The notes under the pieces: generated by a model | The model's database searches: none | What the model saw: the letters and a program-made list of their open reading frames with translations, nothing else | Told to the model about the DNA's origin: nothing | Shown here: positions 24,730-35,647 of the stretch, piece after piece | How positions within the stretch are numbered: position 1 is the first letter of the stretch | Layout: every line of letters starts with the position of its first letter | Program-made: the position numbers and the translations under genes | Assembly: GCA_963924565.1 (NCBI GenBank) | Contig: OZ004613.1 | Location: forward strand, 25,110,001 to 25,174,000 | Reading direction: 5' to 3' | From: Ascidiella aspersa | Taxonomy: Eukaryota | Length of the DNA: 64,000 nt

Positions 24730-25650
24730 CATTATTCTGCCAGTTACAAATAACGCTTGGTATCCTAAACAAGATTTGATCCAAGTCCAACATCCGCAAT
24801 TGTAACCACTTGGATTCGGTGAAACAAAAACAGCCGAGCGCGTTAAGCAAACACCCTTAATTGCTCTATAGGCAATATAACTTACACAAACGGCCCTGAT
24901 AACGTAATGTCGATACTATTGCAGATTTTAAAAAAGATACGAGTTATTCTGGTTGGTTCGATAAAAAACTGTTTTTCCAGGACCGCCAGTGTTACTACAA
25001 GAGCCTCTCCTATCTCACAACAAATACAATATTTACCCGTGTGTACCGTTAACAAATTCACCTATATTTGTTGTTTATTTTTACCTGGTTGAACATATTC
25101 CGCCAGCATCAAATAACGCTTGTTATCCTAAAGAAGATTCGATCCAAGTCCAACATCCGCATTCTAAACCACTTGGATGTCGCGATGAAAAAACAGCCGA
25201 ACGATTTACAGAAACAACCCTGCGCAATGTATCTTGAACAAACGGCTTAAAAAACGTAAAGGTCATATTGCAAATTTTAAAAGAAATACGAAATGTTCGT
25301 GTAGTAATAATAGAAGAATGAATGTTTATCCAGGAGTGGGTGTGTTACAACAAAAACCTCTCTGTCCTCAGAACAAACACGATTGTATTTACCCCTGGGT
25401 ATCGTTAGCAAAATCAGTTATATTTTGTTTTGGTTTTTACATGGCTGCAAGTAATTCGTCAGCATCAAATAACGCTTGTTATCCTAAAGAATATTCATCC
25501 AAGTCCAACATCCGCATTCTAAACCACTTGGATATGCGATGAAAAAACAGCCGAACGTGTTAAAGAAACAACGCTGTTCTAGGCAATGTATCTTGAACAA
25601 ACAGCCCTAATAAAAAGGATGTCGCGATGAAAAATAGTCAAATGCGTTGA
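24730..25650 (+). repeat. Three diverged tandem ~360-bp units upstream of copy 4
   Basis: Core atccaagtccaacatccgc...aaccacttggat recurs at about 24779, 25142 and 25497. Confidence 0.85.
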
Positions 25651-26027
25651 ACAAACACCCTTCATTGATGCAGGGTGAATTGTTCCACTGCCGTAACGGA
25701 ATAAGTGCCAGTAATGTTGTTTTATGCAATCCAATCGCAATAAGGTTTAATTTGACGATTTACAGAACAAACATAAAATTACGAAAATAATGTAGCTCAG
25801 CAGGACCACTCATCGCTCATCTAAGAACTATTTTGCAAAACAGATCTATGGAAACCGCCACTCTACTGCAGCTTCGACACCAACATGCAGTAAGAGGTTG
25901 TTATACTGAGCAAACAACCAATTTGAGATGGAAAACTACTTTGCTCTGATGAGCGCCAGGCAAAACAATACCACTTCGAGTGCACCATTTGTGTCTTTTG
26001 TCCGTGCAACTAAGTCCGGGAAAAGCC

Positions 26028-26034
26028 TATATAA
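26028..26034 (+). promoter_or_regulatory. TATA box of copy 4
   Basis: cc-TATATAA-cc 77 nt upstream of the ATG; conserved at 7387-7393 (minus), 35571-35577 and 45086-45092. Confidence 0.75.
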
Positions 26035-26104
26035 CCAGGGAGATTTAAACAAGAAATCAGTCCAGTTTCGATTATCCAAGGAGGAAAGTTGAAAAACGAC
26101 AGCG

Positions 26105-28951
26105 ATGAAGTTATTACTCGTTCTCTTGGCTTGCATTGCAGTAAGTAATAAACGTACTACATTTGAATAATGAATGTATCGTCAATAAATAACGTATTGT
26201 TTCTTTGCAGGCCACCAACGCATATCAATGCAACTACTCCTACTACTGCGGACGCAACTTCAATGTGTTCCCCTGCTCCTCCTTCTACAGGTTTAGCATC
26301 AGTTTCAACAGCGCCTGGTGTTCCACCAAATTCTACCAGCCCATCTTGAAGGTTTACCCCGATGATACTTGCGGAAAGACCGGATGGTCTGGTAAGTAAA
26401 CGGTAAATGCAACAAATTTTTCTCAAAACAAGAGACTCAAACTTCTCTTGTGTGCAGAGAAATCCGTCGATGATGTCGTTGAAGAACTTAAGAACCTCCT
26501 CAAAGAGAGTCTTTTCAAGATCTCCAGTGAGATGATTGCCAAGCGTGTTGCCTGGTACAACGCTCTTTACGAGAAGACCAACGAATACATCGAAGCCTAC
26601 AAGAAGTTCATCACCATCTACTACGACTACAAGATGTCGTAAGTTACAGAAAGACAATTTTTTTTTATATATCGCTTTTTTCATATAAAGTAATAACTTT
26701 CTACATTAATTTATCTCCCTTCTAGTGTAAGTTTTAAAAAATACACTGCTGACTTTTGCGTTATATTCATTTTCAGCTGCGCCACTGCTGACAGGGATGC
26801 CCTTATCAAGGAGCGGGATGAGAAGATCATTGAATACACCGCCAAGCTTATCAAAATGAGATACGACGCCTTGGTTGCTTACAACGCTTTGCTCAGCAAG
26901 AAGCTTCAGATGATCATCGACTTCCACGCCAAGATTGTCGAAAAGTAAGGATTAAATTTAACTAATGTAAATCAAAATAATGCTAAATGACAAATGATTC
27001 CTTCTCAGTGCCAAGAAGTGCCTTGAAACTCGTCTCACCAAGATCGCCGAATACAAGACCGCTTTGGAGAAGAGGATCGCTTCTTATGTTGCCAACTTCT
27101 GGAAGTTCAAGGTTGCTGTTGCCACCACCAAGACCAGCTACTACAGGACACTTTTGCAGAACATTTACTGTAAGTTTATTTGTAACAGTTTTCAGTTCAA
27201 TTCGAATCACCTTAAATGATTTAAAATACAACAAATGCCACACTTTTGATTACCAGGCACTAAGAGCACCACCGACTACTACATCAACTACGTCACCTCA
27301 TACTACTACAACAGCGAACTCAACATTGCTCGTGGATGCATGGCCGAGTACACCGCCAAGCTTAACTCCTACAAGTCTAAGCTTATCGGATTCTACACTT
27401 GCTCTTACCGCTGTTACATGACCAACGGATGCCTCAACTTCTACAAAAAGAGCTACTACAACGGATGGTGCGATTCAATAAGTCATATAAGAGTTGTAAA
27501 ATAGTGTCATATCTAATGTTGTTGTATTTTCAGTGCCTCCCTCGGATGCTGGTATTCCTTCAGCCGCAAATACTGCCGCGTTGGATTCAACTTGTGTGCT
27601 TTCCGTTACTGCTTCAGGGGAATGACTTTCAAGAACTTGAAAACTTGTGGTAAGTAGGCATTACTTTTATCGAATTGTATATTATCAGATGATGCAATGA
27701 CATTATTTTCTTTCAGATCTCAATGCCCTTCACAAGACCCCCGCTGTGATTGAATCCGAAATGCAGGCCAAGGTTGACGAATTCGTCAAATCTTACACCG
27801 CTACCTTCGTTGCCTGGAAGCTCAAGTGGATCGGATACCACAACGAATACCTTGAGAAATACGAGGCCATCATCAAGGAGAGACACGCCTTCATCTACAG
27901 AATGAAGTACTCCTACTTCGTGTGCCAGTGAGTTAATTGAAGCAAAAAATTCCAATATTTATGTTGAACAAATAGATAACAAATTTTGTGATACAGGAAC
28001 GGCAGCACCTACTTGACTTATGCCCAGCGTATGGAGCTCGCCAAACTGAGCGCTGACCTCAAGAAGAAGCTTGACGATGCCGTCGCTCTCTACAAGGAAC
28101 AGCTTTACCAGAGGCTCATCGAATGCGTGGACACCTTCGACAAGAGCATCGCCGCTTACAAGACCAAGGCCGCTGAGCTCATCAAGTCCGTCATCGGAAA
28201 GTACAGCACATGCCTTAGCAAGAGGGCCGCCTCCATTGCTGCTTACAAGAAGAAGCTCGAAGATGACCGTGACGCCAAGAGGACCGCTTTCTACAACGCT
28301 ATGTGGGATGTAAGTTACAATTTAGATATAACGATATGAAAGTAATATATATTCAACGTATTGCTTTATCGCATTGCAGGCCAAGGTCGCCCACTGGAAC
28401 AAGTACAACGAAATGCTCGAGAAGTTCCACGGACAGTACTACTACAACTTGTATTACGTCTCCCAATCCCGTTCCGCCTACGCCAACAAGCTTGTCTCTG
28501 GTTGCAACGTCGTTATGGCTGAGTTCGATGCTTACTACGCTAAGCTAATCCCCGCCCTTGTCCAGCACTTTTCTTGCTGCTCCAAGTGCAGAGTCTTTTA
28601 CTGCTACCCCAGATACATGTTCGGAGGATACCTTCGCTGGAGTGTGTGCTACCCCACCAGCCAGTCCTACTGCTACTACTACACCCAGTTCTGGTAAGTA
28701 TTGCATCTCATATATTAAATAATTGATTTCTGTTTCGTATTCACAATTATAATTTATATTATTGTAATAAGTTGACTTCTTTCTTTTTCAAAGAGCCTAT
28801 TTCTGTCTTGATTTAGTCACGGAGCGATTTGTAGTTCCCATAAATATATACATTTCTTCTGTGAAATTTAAAAATGTATATTCCTTCATATTACAGCCGT
28901 AGCTCCTACTACAAGCTCAGCACCTGCGGAAACTACTACGTCTACTATTGA
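26105..28951 (+). CDS. Copy 4 (reference model) of an 11-exon gene for a ~648-aa secreted Tyr/Cys-rich protein with two helical repeat regions
   Basis: Hand-spliced exons 26105-26140, 26211-26391, 26458-26638, 26777-26944, 27009-27169, 27257-27467, 27534-27649, 27717-27927, 27997-28309, 28380-28693, 28897-28951. All introns are GT-AG with compatible phases; total 1947 nt = 648 aa + TGA. N-terminus MKLLLVLLACIAATNA-YQC (signal-peptide-like), C-terminus CRSSYYKLSTCGNYYVYY. TATATAA upstream, AATAAA at 29061, strong C/G-ending codon bias (TAC, AAG, AAC, TTC, GCC). Confidence 0.93.
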
Positions 28952-29791
28952 ACAGAAGTTTAGCTTCCCGGGGAAAAAGGCCCATATCAATTTCCATCTT
29001 AAAATGCGTCTCTACCTCGTTGTATTACTTCGTGTGATATAATGTTCCTTTCCCCTTCCGAATAAATAAATACATATAGCATTCAATTTGGTTCTGTATT
29101 AAGTTTACTTAATTTAGATCATACAACTAACACAAACGGTTTTTAGAAAGCATAGAAATATAACAATTGATAAGTGTTTTATGCGAGATGAATTACAAAA
29201 ACAATCTATGATCAAAATGTACTATATTACATGCTCAGCCCATTTAGAGTACCAAATTGTTTTTAATTGTATTAAGATTGATTTAAATGTTTTAAGATTG
29301 ACTGTCAAAATTTGTCGCATCGGAAAACATCATAAACAGTTACCTTTTCAGCTCCAGAATATTGTATTTTTCTTTTTGTGCATTTCCTTGCACCAAATCG
29401 AAACAAAAGACATCCTTGCGAAGTCTTAAATGAAAAGTAAATGTTTGGTTGAGCATCATACTAACTAAAACCACATGGGAGAAGCCACATTGATAAACAA
29501 AGTGCAGCCTTGTATTATAGGGAATGAGAATCTACTGCAAACACAAATTGTTGAGGTTCTAGGGTCAATCAATTTGCTTGTTTTCCCTCCTATGGATCAA
29601 AACATTTTCTTTATGTTTTTTAACTTTGAACGCGAAATATATATACGAACACAATTAATACAGCTTGATAATTAATTGCAAAGCCAAAAAGGTCCAGTAG
29701 ATCGACATCATCTTGATTAGGACGTTTCGATACGAGCTTGTATCATCTTCAGTTAATGTGACTCAGAAGCCATTCAAGCATCACTTATAAG

Positions 29792-30111
29792 CAGGGTTAC
29801 CATCTGCTCAAACCAAAAAATAAGCACGCTACTCAAAAAAAGCGCACTACTGAAGACCAGGACTAGATCCAGGATTGCGGGATTACGTGAAATCCATCTT
29901 TTAGGAATAATGTCCATAAAAAAGTCTCTCACTCCTCCTTTAATGTAATAGATGTGATAAAGAACACTTTTAGAAACTAAAATAAGGCATACTAAGCACA
30001 CACCTCTAAAATAAGCACATTTCTTAAAAAACAAGCACAGTTGCGTTTTCTAAGACATTGCATCCAAAAATAAGCACAAATCTTAGAAATAAGCACGGTT
30101 TAGCAACCCTG
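29792..30111. mobile_element. MITE with AAAATAAGCAC subterminal repeats
   Basis: TIR CAGGGTTACCA/TAGCAACCCTG and perfect TSD CTTATAAG. Confidence 0.85.
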
Positions 30112-30697
30112 CTTATAAGAGATGGGACGCAATTGTTATCAATCAGATTTGGAAAGAAGAAGCATAATTTAGCACCTTGAGGTGTTGAACACGTACTGCG
30201 GTGTTGATAAATTGTCGACCTTTAGTTCGGGGCTGCAGTCTTGTATAGATAGCGCCTCGAGTAGCCGCAATCTAAAACGTCTGAAGCCCATCCGAGAACT
30301 TCGGGTTTGCAAAAATCAACTTATGCTCGGAATGTTGTAAGATGACTGCAAACCTCTGATTTCGAAATCAGAATGCTAAATTATGATCATACTTTCTAAC
30401 TCAGACTGTTAACAATTGCGTTTCATCTTTTATAAGTGATGCTTGAATTGTTTCTCGGTCGCATTAACTGAAGATGATACAAGTCCTAATCAAAATGATG
30501 TCGATCTACTCGACCGTTTTGGCTTTGCAATTTATCATCAAGATCCGTGCCTAGTGTACCCAAAAACTAATACAATTTTGGCATATTGTGCAGAAAGTTA
30601 TTTGTCAATCATCACATGCCGTGTTTTACTTTAGTTTGGTTCGCCATAGGATTTAAGGAACTTGTAAAGATCATGTTGAAATAACATCGAACTAAAT

Positions 30698-31401
30698 CAG
30701 GGGTTCAAACCTTTTTTGTTGCTCGTACACCTTAGTCAGGTCAGGGCATTCTTCGTACCCCAAAAAATTTCTAATGGATTTTTTTTTAGATGTATATTGC
30801 TAACTTACATTTCGTTTAGATCTTAATTAAACGTTAAACAGGTATTTCTCACAAAAATCGCAAAAAGAAATTAAACGTCAATTATTTTGTTTGCCACATC
30901 TCAGTGGAGTTATTTGTTGCTGCTTTAATGATAAAATTCGCTTAAACGATGGTTCGAGTTTACTCAAGGAAAAATAGGTTATCATATTTAAGATTTTTCA
31001 TGTATATATTGTTTGTTCAATACCTCCTGAGGCACAGTCGATTTCTGTGCACCAAATATTTACACTGTATTTTACACTCTAGTTCTAGAGGTGGATAGTA
31101 GACCGTTTGTAGCAGATATACAGCAAGCCAAATTTTGTGCATTGTTGTTTAATGCTGGCCGAAGCTAAACTCATATTTAGTTCTCAATCTCTTAAAGTCG
31201 GACGGCGCTGTTAAAAAACGCATGGTTATACGACAATGAGTTTTTTTGCTAAATAACAACAATTATTGGTAAAAAAATAAAATAAAAATGTACTGTGAAA
31301 TCTGTTTGAAAAGCCGCTCTGTGGCCAAAGGATCTTCGTACCACTTGATGTTTAACCTCGTAACCCCAAGGGGTACAAGTACCCCGGGTTGGGAACTTGT
31401 G
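30698..31401. mobile_element. Non-autonomous hAT-type element
   Basis: CAGGGGTTCAAACC...GGTTGGGAACTTGTG with perfect TSD AACTAAAT. Confidence 0.8.
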
Positions 31402-31620
31402 AACTAAATGAATACGAAATGTGGGGAACCGAGGTTTATTAAATAGCATATTTATCAGCAACATGTTATAAAAAATTGCTACAAACACACAATGTTGGCA
31501 CAATCATAACAAAGTTTTGGACGCAATCTTGTTGGACACAATGTTCCAACATAACGTGACGTCATATGCAATTAACGTTAAACACAACTCTTGTTCTCTA
31601 TTGAGCACAAATTTGTTTAA

Positions 31621-31665
31621 TTGATTTGATTGATTTGTTGATTTTGTTTGATTGATTGATTGATT
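31621..31665. repeat. (TTGA)n simple repeat, duplicated at ~41203-41248
   Basis: Direct reading of the sequence. Confidence 0.8.
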
Positions 31666-33493
31666 GGCAAACATTCAATTTAAAAGGATATGCGGCGCAG
31701 TAGGCACACAAAAGGAGTCTGAATACTGTCCGAAATAACGGCACTTTTCGCAATCAGACAGTTTTTGAGTCCCACGGCACAACATGACATGATGCATAAC
31801 GCCTGTAGACTAATTAGATTTTCTTTAAACAGACAAAAACATTTTGAAAGGAGTGAAAGTTCACCCAGCTATAATTTTTTCAATTAAAGTTAGTAAAAAT
31901 AAAGTTTGCGGACATAAAACAGTTCTATCGCATTTAAAAGCATTTTAACTAACTTGCCTACTTCATATGCAATTATATTGATTCAGCGAAACTGTTAATT
32001 GGCATTATTTCTGCCCACAGCCGACACTCTGGCCGCAGGTGTAAGCACAATTTTTTAAGATATTTGTTCTTACACATTAAAAACAATTAAACGCGACCGT
32101 TTACAAACATTGGGTATGTGTGGAATTAAAAACATACATTTTAAAAACAATTAGTGCAAGGGCTTTTACAAACACGACAGGTCCGACAAGTCAAATTTAA
32201 GTGCAGTCAGTTATGACAATCAAAAGTTGACTTGCATGGTATTCAAGCAAACACGTAATCCCGGAAGTAAAATGTGGCCAACATAATTTTATCCCATCTG
32301 GAAATAAAAAAGTGCTTACTGCTAAAACCGCTGCAAAAAGCGCGATAATCATTTAAAATTTTGCGTGGGTAAACATACTGTAAGAAGCCAATAGGCTTTG
32401 ACTTAAATCACCATTTTCTATTATGTTGTTTAATCCCAGAAAGTGGATCATTTTGTCTGCCAAGATGAGATCGTGTTTATTTAAGAGCGTCCCTAGGCGC
32501 TCGCTTGAAACGCGAGTCACCATTGCACACATTTCCTCTCTCTCTTGTTACAAACACCTCACCGTCCGAGTCGCCAAAAAGCCTCAACGTTACTGCCGAA
32601 CTCGCTGAATCATTGCAATTGCACATAGTTGGCACTACCAAGATATTTGTTGTTTTAAGCACATAGGACTGTTTTATCACAAACGAACTAATGCAACAAA
32701 CGATCATAATCGTCGCTCGTACCTTTGGTGCTACAAAGAGATCAACGCTACTGCGTACAAATTTGTTGCGATTTCCTAATATGTTGGCACTCTTCTAAAA
32801 ACACACACTCCGCTAATGTTGTGTTACGAACGTGTGCAAACCCTTACATTTGGCTTGCTGTGGTTGTAGATAACAAACAGCTTTAAACGTTGCTGCAATA
32901 AAGCGGTTTCGTCATTACGTGAGGCTTTAATATTTTGATGTTAACACAACATATAACCTAGTGATATATTTGGTGGTACAACGGCGTACGTCCCATTGCA
33001 GCTTAACATGCGAAAACATACATTTATAATAATTATAAACAGCACATTTGAGCTAACTCTCCTAAAAAGTAAAAAATAAAGAAATCGACTGCTTTTCTAA
33101 TTTTTTTTGTAAAAGTGTTCCACCCATTAACATACAATGTACAAAACCTAAAAATATCATAACTTGGTTAAAATAGGTCTTTCCAAACTTTTCTGTCTGC
33201 AACCCTTTTAATTTATTAAACGTTTTAGCGCCTTGTTTCGTTTCGCGTAATCTAGAAGCAAAACATTTCGTTGTCTGCTAACTTTGGCCACAGCTTGTTG
33301 AAATAATGTAACTCTTAAGGGAATTGGGTTTTCGGGTTAATTTAAAACTTGCCTATGATAAAAAATCATTTTATATGAATGCAACACATGTGTCAAACTG
33401 ATGATGTGGACCTAATTATGACAGCTTGCATGGCCGCACCACCCAGTTAGGAATCATGGTTTTAAACTTTGGGATTATGGTTTTAATCTAACC

Positions 33494-33884
33494 CAGAGGG
33501 TCTTAAACTTTTTTGTATCTTATGTTTTGCCCTTCTATCAAAGATAAATATCAGATTTACCCCCAATATATAAAATTGTTCTTATTTAATAAAAAAACGA
33601 AATTAGCAGATTGCACCAGTTATATTCAGCATTGCTTTTTGGCAACGAGTTGTTTAATGTCTGGTAAAGAAGCAGATAATGTACAACGAACATAAGATTC
33701 AACATGAAATCGGCATCGTACTTTAGATTTTATGGTAAGCAATCCGGAGAAACCTCATTGGCATAGGTAAGTTAAAGAAACGGAGCCAGAATATTCAGAG
33801 CTTGAATACCTATCCTTGGATTTACCCCCTAAAACGAAGAAATTTACGTCTGTGGGAAAATTTACCACAGGTTAAGAAAGGTTG
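33494..33884. mobile_element. Degenerate hAT-type MITE (duplicate at 43008-43398)
   Basis: Degenerate TIRs and TSD-like ATCTAACC/CTCTAAAC; the homologous region upstream of copy 3 (~17925) has the empty site gtctaaac. Confidence 0.7.
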
Positions 33885-35570
33885 CTCTAAACCGAGAGTG
33901 TTGCATATGCCGTTCGACACTACATTTTTAGCATGTTTAGTTACCAAGCGGTTAGTCCAATAAAATACGTAGAAAGTCATAGTGCTACCCTGTTTTGAAG
34001 AGCTGTTTTAAAGCCCTTCATGTAATTGCTAATACGTTCAGCAACAACATATTACTTGTTGTTCTAAGGGATATAGAAATGTTTTCAGATCATTAAACTA
34101 ATGCAACAAGTGATGATAGTTGTTTGTACCGTGGTGCTTCAAATTGGACAGCGATGCTGCGTCAGATACTTTGTGATGATTTCCTGTTTTTTGGCATTCA
34201 TTTAAAAACACACGCTTCGCTAATGTTGTGTTACGGACGTGTGCGAACACTTAATTTGGGTTTGCTGTGGCTGTAGTTAACAAACAACTTTAAAGTGCTG
34301 TTGTATTTTAGTGATTGAATTGAGTGCCAAAAGCTAGCTAGGCAAGTCGTACGATAGCATTTTAACCGTTAGAGGGCGACTGCATAAGTTAGCTTTAATT
34401 CATGATTTTCAAAATTTTTTTAATGACTTCCCCCAAATCCCATATTGTTACTTGATAGTCGACCATTCGTATCCGAAACGCAAACGCATTAGCCTTTTTT
34501 TTCAATTATCTCCTTCTCTGCGAAACTGTAAAAAATTAAGGATCAAAGAATAATTCTGGTATGAGTTTAAACTGTTGCCAAAAATCAAAATGAGAAAGAA
34601 AATGTTATCAATACTACTAATATAAACTAAATAAAATCAATACAGTTGTAAGCACCGGTTAATTTGAGTGTATTAAAAAATAATATTCAGAAGAGTCACG
34701 TTGGTTTAAAGCAAATTGCCTTTAACTTCACCACAAGCAAGCCGTCGATATTATGTTTGTCAAATTAAACGACAGGATTTATCTCCAACAAATGTATACC
34801 CTACAGCTAAACCTTGAATTTTTATTAAGTAACTCAAAAACCAATTTTGTATGCAATGTTGCTCATTATGGCTGCATATCAATATATACATGTGCATGAA
34901 TATTTAAAATTAAACCCCAAACTAAACAAATATATATGAGCCAGGTAGCAGTTCAATCAAGCTTGAATTAACAATCGAAAACGTAATGACGATCGAGATA
35001 AAACTGCGAACGCCACATATATTTTATTTTATTTTACTTAATACCAAGACTGTCAAAGGCTATAACAACAGCAAACAGGGTGATATTGTACGTTATTGTC
35101 TGTTTAACATTTTCATACCTGTTTGAATCACGCTGTTATGATAATGAAGATTCGATCCAAGTACAACATCCGCAATATAAACCACTTTAGTGTCGCAATA
35201 GAAAACCGAGCGCTTTAAGCAAACAGCACATGCAAGGTAAATCAATCAAACTGCCGTAAAAACACACCGACCCGCCACATTGCATTAACAAACTGCATTA
35301 AAGACTAACATGCTTATGCATATAGAACAAGGAAAGAATTGCGGATATAGCTAACGAACGCTCACTGCCCAAATGTTTTGCGAAACACATCCTTGGTAAC
35401 AGCAAGTTAGTTTGGCCACCGATACAACATGTAGAAAAGAGTTGTTAAGCTATAACAACAACCAATTTGGAATGGCAAACTACTTTGCTCTAATGAGGGC
35501 CAGGCAAAACAATACCACTTGAAAGCATAACTTGTGTCTTTTGTCAGTGCAACTACGTCCGGGAAAAGCC

Positions 35571-35577
35571 TATATAA
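35571..35577 (+). promoter_or_regulatory. TATA box of copy 5
   Basis: TATATAA 77 nt upstream of ATG 35648. Confidence 0.7.
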
Positions 35578-35647
35578 CTAGGGCGATTTAAGCAATAAAT
35601 CAGTCCAGTTTCGATTATCCAAGAAGGAAAGTTGAAAAACGACAGAG

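Larger units (their letters stand above)
4400..29080. repeat. Large inverted duplication: arm ~4400-13700 versus arm ~19490-29080, spacer ~5.8 kb
   Basis: Mirror pairs include stop 10937 with stop 22214, ATG 7316 with ATG 26105, and intergenic 7320-10930 with 22220-26100 (near-identical reverse complement). Confidence 0.88.

Noticed and set aside
24730-25650. CRISPR-like array or coding repeat (60-100 aa ORFs at 39-744, 7810-8867, 24555-25542)
   Set aside because: Eukaryotic context; units are ~360 bp and diverged along their whole length with no unique spacers; ORFs lack codon bias and change frame between units.
26105-28951. Naming the protein as vanabin, apolipoprotein, vitellogenin or thyroglobulin
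   Set aside because: It lacks the regular vanabin Cys spacing, thyroglobulin type-1 CWCV motifs and any recognisable lipoprotein domain; only composition and helicity are similar, so no gene symbol is given.
29181-33695. Short ORFs conserved between the two 9.5-kb units
   Set aside because: Conservation is explained by recent segmental duplication; no splice structure, codon bias or recognisable domain.
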